From: a virus
DNA length: 32,345 nucleotides
IMG/VR virus record: IMGVR_UViG_3300045988_077901
Location: 1-32,345 of that record
Direction: 5' to 3' (one strand)
The position numbers and the translations under genes are program-made. Shown piece after piece: positions 25,851 through 32,345 of this stretch. The notes beneath the pieces were generated by a model. That model was not told the origin of the DNA, ran no database searches, and saw only the letters and a program-made list of their open reading frames with translations. The first letter of the stretch is position 1; each line of letters begins with the position of its first letter.

Positions 25851-26425
25851 TCACCACCGCCCGTTTGGCCGGCGTTATCTTCATCGACAGCAAACACGCC
25901 CCCGCGCTTGTAAAATGGCTTTTCGCCTTGCTTGTGTGCGCAACTCTCCAAGAACTCGACAACGCGGGCTTGCGTCCAACGCCCCGTCCATTCGGGCACG
26001 CGCTGTTTCATTTCATCAATCAGCTTGCGGCGGTATTCGCGCATTTGCCCTTCGCTGACCTTTTGCAGATCGTCAAGCTTCAGTTGAAGCGTGGTAGCGT
26101 GCGAACGTGAGCGTTTAAGGTTATCTTCAAGCCGTTCAATTTCGCGTCGCAATTCGTCGTTTTTCGATTCGGCCTTTTTGCGCTCTGTTTCGCTCTGGCG
26201 TGAAAAGGTTTCAGAAGCCCTAAGCTTCGTTGCCGTATCTTCAAGAACCTTGATTCGCTTGTTTGCATCTTCAAGCTGTCTTTCAAGGTCTAGTTTCTCT
26301 TCGTAGACCGAAAAAACCATCTGTTCAAGTTCGCCCGGTTTCACTTGCGGCGGCTCAAACAGCACCGGCGCAACGTCAACGGCTGGTTGAAGTTCATTGC
26401 TCTTGTTTCGTTTGAAAAATCCCAT
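25847..26425 (-). CDS. Coiled-coil hypothetical protein
   Basis: Long charged heptad-like region; ATG 26425 after an AGGCGGTG RBS. Confidence 0.45.
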   Translation of the reverse strand: MGFFKRNKSNELQPAVDVAPVLFEPPQVKPGELEQMVFSVYEEKLDLERQLEDANKRIKVLEDTATKLRASETFSRQSETERKKAESKNDELRREIERLEDNLKRSRSHATTLQLKLDDLQKVSEGQMREYRRKLIDEMKQRVPEWTGRWTQARVVEFLESCAHKQGEKPFYKRGGVFAVDEDNAGQTGGGE

Positions 26426-26435
26426 AACACACCGC

Positions 26436-26885
26436 CTAACACGCAAGCGCGGCTATCGGCTGCAATGGATAAGCGCCGCGCACTATCTCTGTTCCAAAGG
26501 TCTTTTCGTCCATCCATGATTTGAAAGCCCTATAGAACGGCTGAACGTTCTTTGAATCTGACCAACCGGCAAAGCCTATAAAGCCGTCATCGTTGAAGCT
26601 GATTGCTTCGCGGTCGGTGAAATACATCCCATCAACCCGAATGAAAGCGCTGTGCATTCCTTCGCCATCTTCAGCCATGTTGTATTCAAAGCCGCATGGT
26701 TGGCCGCATCCGCGCGGCCATTCCAAAACACCATTACCGGCTAGGTTGTGAATTGCGCATTCGCGCATCACATAGCAAGTTAGGCGCTGAATGTCGTTGC
26801 AAGTGATCTGCGCATAGCTGAAGCGCTTTGCAAACTCGTTGCGCAGATAATCTCCAGTCAAGTTAGCCGATGAGGTCATCACCAT
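26436..26885 (-). CDS. Hypothetical early protein
   Basis: 149-aa ORF, AGGGGGTGA RBS (the start may be ATG 26879). Confidence 0.45.
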   Translation of the reverse strand: MVMTSSANLTGDYLRNEFAKRFSYAQITCNDIQRLTCYVMRECAIHNLAGNGVLEWPRGCGQPCGFEYNMAEDGEGMHSAFIRVDGMYFTDREAISFNDDGFIGFAGWSDSKNVQPFYRAFKSWMDEKTFGTEIVRGAYPLQPIAALAC

Positions 26886-27153
26886 TCACCCCCTGAAAGT
26901 CCGTTGAGCCTATAAGGTCATTGCCCAAAAGCCGCGTTGGGTCTGTCAGCGTGGCAATGCGCTTGATGCCACGGCACCGCCAGCAAGCAACGTACTTGCG
27001 ATAGCGGATAGTGCGCAGAACGTGGCCTGTGCGCTTGTCCCTGATTTCGTGCTTCAACTCTTTGCCGAACCAATCAAGCGGGCGTGAAGTCCCGCAAAAC
27101 GGGCAAACGCGTTCAGGAACGTTGTTTTGAAAATACGGGTTGTAAGTCCCCAT
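26863..27153 (-). CDS. Small zinc-ribbon protein
   Basis: MGTYNPYFQNNVPERVCPFCG..CWRC; GGAAGGG RBS before ATG 27153; the longer track ORF (to 27600) reads through noncoding repeats. Confidence 0.5.
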   Translation of the reverse strand: MGTYNPYFQNNVPERVCPFCGTSRPLDWFGKELKHEIRDKRTGHVLRTIRYRKYVACWRCRGIKRIATLTDPTRLLGNDLIGSTDFQGVNGDDLIG

Positions 27154-27173
27154 GTTTCGCCCTTCCTTTCCTT

Positions 27174-27261
27174 GCAAAACCGTAGTTGTGCAAAACTTTG
27201 TTGAAAACTTGTGCAAAACCGTAGTTGTGCAAAACTTTGTTGAAAACTTGTGCAAAACCGT
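27174..27261. repeat. 39-bp tandem repeat x2.25 (five GTGCAAAAC boxes), iteron/operator-like
   Basis: gcaaaaccgtagttgtgcaaaactttgttgaaaacttgt at 27174..27212 and 27213..27251, partial third copy to 27261; box starts spaced 16/23/16/23 bp. Confidence 0.9.
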
Positions 27262-27357
27262 TTTCGATGGATTGCGAAACGCGCGAAATTCGATTGCGCT
27301 AAGAAAGAAGAACCAAGAAAGAAAACCTTGCTTGATGCAATACCTAACAAGCGGGGT

Positions 27358-27401
27358 GGTGGGTTTTTGAATTCGAATCGCAGGCGATTCAAAAACCCAC
27401 C
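27358..27401 (+). terminator. Strong hairpin with plus-strand T-tract (orphan terminator or ori structure)
   Basis: GGTGGGTTTTTGAAT-14 nt-ATTCAAAAACCCACC (perfect 15-bp stem) followed by CTTTTTGTTTTG on the plus strand only. Confidence 0.5.
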
Positions 27402-27511
27402 CTTTTTGTTTTGTATTGTATTGTATTAGGCTTAGGCCACTTTTTGCGGGTGGGTTAGCCGTCGGTTTGCGGGTGGGTTTTTCTTCCGTGGCAATCATGG
27501 GCGCTATTCGC

Positions 27512-27946
27512 TCATTCATCAGCGGTTTTGCCGTTCTTCTTAGGCCGTCCGCCTTTGCGCCCGTTTGCACGCTGCTTCCCGAAATACATTGAGTTTTCAA
27601 CCATTCTTTCGCTGAAAAGGTCGCCGTTTTCGTCTTGCTGCAAAAGGCCGATTTCTAATAAACCATCCACAAAAGCGGTGGTTTCCTCAATGGTTATGTA
27701 CTCTTTAAATTCGTTGAGGTTGTAGCCCAGAACGTCGCCCAAAATTAGCTTGTCCTCTTCGGTCTTGAACGGCACCGAATGCCCTTTGGTCGCCGCCATG
27801 TGTTCGCACAGCCGCCACCAACGCCCGTAGCCGTCATAGCCCCTGCGTCTTATTAGCCGCTGGCACTTAATATCAGCCGACGCGTTGGAATCGTGCGGAA
27901 AGTACATCATGGGTTCGGCGGCAAGTTCTGTCACCGAATTAGCCAT
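27512..27946 (-). CDS. DUF4373 (Lin1244/Lin1753-like) replication initiation/organizer-like protein
   Basis: MYFPHDSNASADIKCQRLIRRRGYDGYGRWWRLCEHM matches the DUF4373 N-terminal signature; basic C-terminal tail. Confidence 0.7.
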   Translation of the reverse strand: MANSVTELAAEPMMYFPHDSNASADIKCQRLIRRRGYDGYGRWWRLCEHMAATKGHSVPFKTEEDKLILGDVLGYNLNEFKEYITIEETTAFVDGLLEIGLLQQDENGDLFSERMVENSMYFGKQRANGRKGGRPKKNGKTADE

Positions 27947-28238
27947 GTTGCACCACGTCCGATTCTTCGCCGCGTGCCAACGTCTCTTCAAGGTAGACTT
28001 TGCCGGCAACGCACATTGCAGCGCCTACCTGTTCCGGCAACGCTTCATGCGGATTCGTGCCCCTCACAATCGAAGCGGCGGCAACGATGCCGGCAATGAA
28101 ACCGGCCTTGATCGCGGCGGGGTCTGGTTTCATGCTCTCGTGCGTCTCGCCGTTGACCAACTCCAAGCAGCATTCGCAGTCATAGGCGAAGCCGTGAAGC
28201 TGCTGCAATTCCTCAATTACCTTGTTTTTGCCAAACAT
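27939..28238 (-). CDS. Hypothetical early protein
   Basis: 99-aa ORF with ATG start, overlapping coupling at both ends. Confidence 0.4.
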   Translation of the reverse strand: MFGKNKVIEELQQLHGFAYDCECCLELVNGETHESMKPDPAAIKAGFIAGIVAAASIVRGTNPHEALPEQVGAAMCVAGKVYLEETLARGEESDVVQHG

Positions 28239-28639
28239 TCTTCAATCTCCTTTTCTAGGTCATCGAACATTGACTTGCGCTTCTCTATGCGCATTTCCTG
28301 GTGAAGCGTGAGCAGCCAGCGCGCAAGCAGCGGCGTAACGGTGTTGTTGATGCTGTATTCGTTGCAGTCGCCGTGCTGGTCGATATAGGGCACCGGCACA
28401 AGTCGGCTGCGCCCCTCGTACCGCTGGCGCTCAATTAGGTACTTGGTTGACACCTTCAGGCCGCGTGCGTTGATCGCAAGCGCTATGCACTCCATTTCCC
28501 GCGCCGCTTTCGGGTTCGCCTGAAGCCATGCCGTGAAAAGTTCCACATAGCTTCTGGCTTTCAGCGGCACCGGGTAGATTGCCGCGCGTTCCTGCGCAAC
28601 GACGGCTTCAACGGGTTGCGTGTAATCGTCAACGTCCAT
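28217..28639 (-). CDS. Hypothetical early protein
   Basis: MDVDDYTQPVEAV..; ATG 28639 overlaps the upstream stop; the track N-terminal extension overlaps the neighbouring gene. Confidence 0.45.
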   Translation of the reverse strand: MDVDDYTQPVEAVVAQERAAIYPVPLKARSYVELFTAWLQANPKAAREMECIALAINARGLKVSTKYLIERQRYEGRSRLVPVPYIDQHGDCNEYSINNTVTPLLARWLLTLHQEMRIEKRKSMFDDLEKEIEECLAKTR

Positions 28640-28814
28640 GCTTGCCGCCCATCCTTTCCAGTCGCGCCAGCAAGCAATCGAAAGCCAACCGCGCTTGCTC
28701 TTCGGTCGCCGTGAATGGGACGGGCAGGGGATGCCGGACGCGCACGCCGCCGCCCTGCTCAATGTAGGCCGTCCAGAAGCCGTTTGCGTCGCGCTCGAAG
28801 CTTGCTTTAGGCAT
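28629..28814 (-). CDS. Small hypothetical protein
   Basis: MPKASFERDANGFWTAYIEQGG..; ATG 28814 just before the upstream stop. Confidence 0.4.
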   Translation of the reverse strand: MPKASFERDANGFWTAYIEQGGGVRVRHPLPVPFTATEEQARLAFDCLLARLERMGGKHGR

Positions 28815-29202
28815 GGCGCACCATCCAGTAAATAAAGGCCGCGTCAGCGCCCATGCAAGCCAAGAAAGCCAAGATGCCGTAAACGTCCGTAAGCCAGATT
28901 TGCAGGGCTGCAAGCGCCATGGGAAGAATGCCGGACATGGTAAGAACCGCGACGGCGTAAAAGGCAACGCGCTTGGGCGTTGACCACCGCGCTATAATGG
29001 TTTCGTCAGATCGCGTGGCGCGTTTTTGACGTGCAACCGTGCGGGTTCCAGCCGTGCGGTTGCTTCTTTCTTGCGGCATTTCAAACGGGTTGCAAGGCTT
29101 TGACAGAAAAGCGCTTGCGCTTCGTCCCTGCTTTCGCGGGGTCGGCTTACGGTGTACGTTATAACCATTGGTTAAACCTCTGGTTTGCGTTGCGGTTTTC
29201 AT
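28807..29202 (-). CDS. Membrane protein (basic N-terminus, two C-terminal TM segments)
   Basis: VAFYAVAVLTMSGILPMALAALQIW and GILAFLACMGADAAFIYWMV; ATGA coupling. Confidence 0.45.
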   Translation of the reverse strand: MKTATQTRGLTNGYNVHRKPTPRKQGRSASAFLSKPCNPFEMPQERSNRTAGTRTVARQKRATRSDETIIARWSTPKRVAFYAVAVLTMSGILPMALAALQIWLTDVYGILAFLACMGADAAFIYWMVRHA

Positions 29203-29393
29203 TCCGCATCACCCGCGCTGTACCCATAGCAAGCAATTTCGCCGTTGTCGCGCTGGTTAAGGTTCGGACAGAACAACGCCCCGCGTTCGTAGTTGTAGTG
29301 CTTGCAGTTGCGTTGGCAGTCCCGGTGTTCAATCTGCGTTGCCGCCAAGCGCACAAGTTCGGCTGCGCCAAGTGACAAGTTCATTTTTCCCAT
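29199..29393 (-). CDS. Small Cys-containing hypothetical protein
   Basis: 64 aa, AAAGGAG RBS. Confidence 0.4.
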   Translation of the reverse strand: MGKMNLSLGAAELVRLAATQIEHRDCQRNCKHYNYERGALFCPNLNQRDNGEIACYGYSAGDAE

Positions 29394-29423
29394 TGCCTTT
29401 GCTCCTTTCTGTAACCGTTGGTT

Positions 29424-29609
29424 CTAGCTGTGGTTGTTGCGGTGGTTCTCATGTTGTTCATCTGGTCTGCGCATGAAGCGCCTACCTGCGCAGTAGCCGA
29501 GAATCGCAACGCCGGCAATCCACACGACAACGGCGCTTGCTGATACGTGGCTAAGTCCCGCAACAAGCACGCACACCAAGCCGGCAATAGGTGCCGCACT
29601 CCTTTTCAT
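29424..29609 (-). CDS. Small two-TM membrane protein
   Basis: MKRSAAPIAGLVCVLVAGL..VVVWIAGVAILGYC; AAGGAGGT RBS 7 nt before ATG 29609. Confidence 0.45.
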   Translation of the reverse strand: MKRSAAPIAGLVCVLVAGLSHVSASAVVVWIAGVAILGYCAGRRFMRRPDEQHENHRNNHS

Positions 29610-29611
29610 TC

Positions 29612-29839
29612 CTAAACCTCCTTCATTGCATCGAAAGCGCAAAGATCGTTTGGCGTGCAGCCAAGCGCCGCCGCCAGCTTGTACGTGGTTTCAAGCGTCG
29701 GCACCATTTCGCCGCGCAGGTACTTGCGCACCGAATCGACCGAAACGCCCGCCTTGCACGCAAGCTTCGCGGGGTTCATGTCGGCTTCGGCCATGAGAAC
29801 GCGCAAACGCTTGCTAACAACCTTCATTAGGTCTGTCAT
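29612..29839 (-). CDS. Cro-like XRE-family HTH regulator (first gene of the early operon)
   Basis: VSKRLRVLMAEADMNPAKLACKAGVSVDSVRKYLRGE HTH; AAGGTGGTG RBS; divergent from the CI-like gene. Confidence 0.8.
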   Translation of the reverse strand: MTDLMKVVSKRLRVLMAEADMNPAKLACKAGVSVDSVRKYLRGEMVPTLETTYKLAAALGCTPNDLCAFDAMKEV

Positions 29840-29987
29840 TCGTGTTCACCACCTTTCAAAAGTACGAAATCCGTATCACGTTGTTTAGATTAGGTACGAA
29901 TTTGGAATCTGTCAATATAAAAGTACGAATTTTGTAGATTTAAGTATTCGTAATTGGTAGAATTGGCCTTACAAGGAGGTGCCCAAA
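29840..29987. promoter_or_regulatory. Divergent promoter/operator region of the genetic switch
   Basis: GTACGAAWT boxes at 29861-29870, 29893-29903 and 29922-29934, plus an inverted ATTCGTA at 29946-29952; perfect minus-strand TTGACA (29915..29910) with TAATCT 17 nt on; plus-strand TGgTAGAAT (29955-29963); AAGGAGGT RBS 29973-29980. Confidence 0.6.
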
Positions 29988-30362
29988 ATGCAATACGAAC
30001 TAAAAATGCAGCAGATACGCACTAAAAGTGGGCTGACCCAAGAACAACTTGCAGAATGAATAGGGGAAACAAAACGCGTTGTAGGTGCTTGGGAACGTGG
30101 AGAAACCGCTATACCTTTGGGAGCGGCGTTCAAAATCTGCGTTGCGCTTGGCTGCACTCCTAACGATCTATGTGGCTGGCCGGAAGGGAAGAACGAGGGG
30201 CGCACGTTCAATGACGCGTTCGAACGGGAACTATTGGAATGCTACCGGTCTTGCACCCCGCGCCGGCAAGACCGAATACTAGACACCGCCCGCGATGCAG
30301 CGGGAATGTCTAAAGAAGCAACCGAACGTGCTTCATCTGAACCCAAGCAATTTGCTTGCTAG
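29988..30362 (+). pseudogene. CI-like XRE-family repressor interrupted by an in-frame TGA at codon 24
   Basis: ATG 29988 after AAGGAGGT; MQYELKMQQIRTKSGLTQEQLAE-TGA(30057-30059)-IGETKRVVGAWERGETAIPLGAAFKICVALGCTPNDLC.. continues in the same frame to TAG 30360-30362; the stop splits the HTH. Confidence 0.7.
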
Positions 30363-30400
30363 AAGCACCAGTAATCTAGCGAAAAGGAGGTGAAACGACG

Positions 30401-30808
30401 ATGCAGGAAGCGTTATTGGCGTTGTTTCAATGGCTAAATCCTCAATGGGTTGCAGATCAGCTATACAACGGCGATGGCTTGCCATTCGTCCTGTGGTCGC
30501 TCATTGTGTTTTCATTCGGTTTTGCCGCTGGTGCTGTCTATGAATACCGCAAGCAAAAAAGGGTTTCAAAACGAAAGATAGCAAAAGGGTTTTCAAGAAA
30601 GGTAAAGGAAGCCGCAAAGAACGCCTTGGAGTCAGACGGCGAAATAGTCCTTGGCGATTATTGGGAATCTGTTATAGCTTTCTCGCGAGAATGCCCCGGC
30701 GTTTTCGTGTTTAGCTACGAATTAAACGAAGTGCGCGACACGGACACATACCAGTTAAGCCCCGTTTGGCGCGGTTATCTCAATAGGCACCGCCGATACT
30801 TGGAATAG
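30401..30808 (+). CDS. Lysogeny-module membrane protein (candidate superinfection exclusion / moron)
   Basis: AAAGGAGGTGA RBS; TM LPFVLWSLIVFSFGFAAGAVY then a basic stretch; visibly AT-richer than the rest of the genome. Confidence 0.6.
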   Translation: MQEALLALFQWLNPQWVADQLYNGDGLPFVLWSLIVFSFGFAAGAVYEYRKQKRVSKRKIAKGFSRKVKEAAKNALESDGEIVLGDYWESVIAFSRECPGVFVFSYELNEVRDTDTYQLSPVWRGYLNRHRRYLE

Positions 30809-30818
30809 ATAGAAAAAT

Positions 30819-30848
30819 GCCCTGCAACGGGCACAACCATTGCAGGGC
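30819..30848 (+). terminator. Hairpin terminator after the membrane-protein gene
   Basis: GCCCTGCAA-12 nt-TTGCAGGGC followed by TGTTTGT. Confidence 0.5.
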
Positions 30849-30889
30849 TGTTTGTCCGCTACCAACGAACAAAGCAAGGTGATTTTAAC

Positions 30890-32345
30890 ATGGAAAAGAA
30901 ACGCGCCGCTATATACGCCCGCTTTTCGTCGCACAATCAACGTTCCGAATCGATAGAAATCCAAGTTGAGAACTCAACGCGCTATTGCCAAGAAAACGGC
31001 CTTGACGTTGTGCGCATCTATACAGACTACGCAAAGACCGGGCGCAACACTGACCGCGCCGAATTTCAACGGATGATGGACGATGCCCGCTTGGGTCTGT
31101 TTGATTTCGTCGTGATCTACAAGGTAACGCGCATTATGCGCAATCGCGACGAAATGGCGCTTGCACGCATCATGCTTCGCAAGTCAGGCGTTGAAATACT
31201 CTATGCCGGTGAGGAAATCGCCAGCGGTTCAAGCGGCGTGCTGCAACTTGGAATGCTCGAAGTGCTGGCGGAATGGGAAAGCGCCATAGACAGCGAGCGA
31301 ATCAGGGATGGAATACAGAAGAACGCCCAACGCTGCATGGCCAATGGCCGCACGCTTTACGGTTGGGACATAGTGGAAGGACGCTACCGCGTCAATGATC
31401 GTGAAGCCGCTTGGCTGAGAAAAATGAAGAACAAGTTGTTTAGCGGCGCAACCATGGCCGAAGTGGTGCGAAGCGTGGACGCAATGCGCACCCGCCAAGG
31501 AAAGAAGGTTAACCAAGACACCGCAACAAAGCTGCTGTTGCGTCCCCAGAACGGCGGCACTTATTGCTATGCCGGCGTTGTTGTTGAAGGTGGGATGCCG
31601 GCGCTTTGGCCGAAGCACGAACAAGACATGATAATTTCAATGCTGAAAAGCCGCCACAAGCCGCATAGGCGCGTTGATACCGCCGAAGAATGGCCGTTGT
31701 CCGGCAAGCTATGGTGCGCTTGCTGTGACAGCACCTTAACCGGCACAAGCGGCACAAGCGCCACTGGCAAGACCTATGCTTATTACAAGTGCAACAAGTG
31801 CGGGCGCACCTTCAGGCGCGACGTTTTGGAAGATGCCATAGTGGACGTTGTTTGCGAAGCTGTGAAGCGCCCCGAAATACGGGGCAATATAGCCGCCCTT
31901 ATGGCTGATTGGTCTAAGGATAATGCGGAAGAAACACCGCTAGAAAGTGAGCGCATCAAAGGTGAGATTAGGCGCATTGATGCGGCATTTGAAAACATCT
32001 GGCAAGCCATCGAATCGGGCATAGCGCCGCCGGGTGGCAAAGATCGCGTTCAGGAATTGACCGAACGCAAAAACGAACTTGAAGCCGAATACCACATGGC
32101 TAAAGCGCATGAAAGCTTAGAACCAGACTATGAAGAAATAAGGCAATGGCTTGACGAAATAGCGCAGAATCTAATGCCGCAAGAAATATTGAAAATGTTC
32201 ATTCGAGCGGCTGAAATTGAAGGTGACGTTGTGAAGCTATTCTTTGCATTTGACTACTACGGTAATGACTTCACACCGCCCAAATATAGACACGAACTAT
32301 TCTCTAATGAGAATAGTTCGTGTAATTCTCCTATGGTGGAGCCTA
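30890..32345 (+). CDS. Large serine recombinase (integrase); runs off the window end and finishes at 198-200 (518 aa in total)
   Basis: My own translation, not in the ORF track: MEKKRAAIYARFSSHNQ (catalytic Ser motif), resolvase-like core, recombinase domain, zinc ribbon CACCDS..YYKCNKCG, then coiled coil; no stop in 485 codons. Confidence 0.9.
   Translation, partial: MEKKRAAIYARFSSHNQRSESIEIQVENSTRYCQENGLDVVRIYTDYAKTGRNTDRAEFQRMMDDARLGLFDFVVIYKVTRIMRNRDEMALARIMLRKSGVEILYAGEEIASGSSGVLQLGMLEVLAEWESAIDSERIRDGIQKNAQRCMANGRTLYGWDIVEGRYRVNDREAAWLRKMKNKLFSGATMAEVVRSVDAMRTRQGKKVNQDTATKLLLRPQNGGTYCYAGVVVEGGMPALWPKHEQDMIISMLKSRHKPHRRVDTAEEWPLSGKLWCACCDSTLTGTSGTSATGKTYAYYKCNKCGRTFRRDVLEDAIVDVVCEAVKRPEIRGNIAALMADWSKDNAEETPLESERIKGEIRRIDAAFENIWQAIESGIAPPGGKDRVQELTERKNELEAEYHMAKAHESLEPDYEEIRQWLDEIAQNLMPQEILKMFIRAAEIEGDVVKLFFAFDYYGNDFTPPKYRHELFSNENSSCNSPMVEP
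32247..32345. repeat. Terminal direct repeat, identical to 1..99
   Basis: See the 1..99 feature. Confidence 0.95.

Noticed and set aside
27174-27261. CRISPR array
   Set aside because: The 39-bp units are directly adjacent with no spacers, and there are only 2.25 copies. This is a tandem repeat, not a repeat-spacer array.
26863-27600. 245-aa minus-strand ORF from the track spanning the iteron region
   Set aside because: Its N-terminal two thirds translate the 39-bp tandem repeats (VLHKFSTKFCTTT twice), the hairpin and other repeats. They also overlap the end of the DUF4373 gene. A good RBS precedes the internal ATG at 27153, so only 26863..27153 is called as coding.
30057-30059. Genome-wide TGA reassignment (code 4 or 25) as the explanation for the in-frame TGA in the repressor
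   Set aside because: TGA terminates several well-supported genes here: the RT at 3116, the DGR target at 5061, the gp6-like connector at 15021, the peptidase at 1299 and the serine recombinase at 198-200. Several of these sit in ATGA or GTGA coupling overlaps, so TGA is a normal stop in this genome.

Overview
The window is a complete, circularly closed temperate siphovirus-type phage genome. Bases 1-99 are identical to 32247-32345, so the true length is 32,246 bp with no host flanks. It looks GC-rich by eye. An mIHF homologue and the endolysin domains suggest a high-GC Gram-positive (Actinomycetota-type) host. All functional calls come from reading motifs in the supplied translations and the DNA; no database search was run.

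Layout: almost everything from 272 to 29839 is on the minus strand and reads as one long programme.
- Early genes: a Cro-like HTH, small unknown proteins, a DUF4373 initiator-like protein and a repeat-rich ori-like gap. Then come a tyrosine recombinase, an mIHF homologue, SSB, a P-loop protein, dUTPase and a sigma-like regulator.
- Packaging and head: HNH, TerS, TerL, portal, protease and an HK97-type capsid.
- Tail: connectors, major tail protein, G/T chaperones, tape measure, Dit, Tal and a fibre.
- A complete diversity-generating retroelement (DGR).
- A lysis cassette: holin, a membrane-anchored peptidase and a GH25 endolysin.
- The plus strand (29988 onward) carries a CI-like repressor, a membrane protein and a large serine recombinase.

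Main points:
1. The DGR is textbook. A 130-bp TR (4431-4560) and VR (5071-5200) differ at 14 positions, 13 of them at TR adenines in AAY-type codons. The VR lies at the C-terminus of a tail-module protein, with avd, RT and a GC hairpin downstream of the VR.
2. The 518-aa serine recombinase is absent from the ORF track because it crosses the window end and stops at 198-200.
3. The 3' end of that gene contains a perfect 15-bp inverted repeat with a TAAT spacer, a candidate attP core.
4. The CI-like repressor is interrupted by an in-frame TGA inside its HTH.
5. A second (tyrosine) recombinase sits inside the early operon next to the phage-encoded mIHF homologue.
6. An ori-like gap carries 39-bp tandem repeats and an orphan plus-strand terminator.
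7. The tail chaperone T frame is +1/-2 relative to G, not the usual -1.
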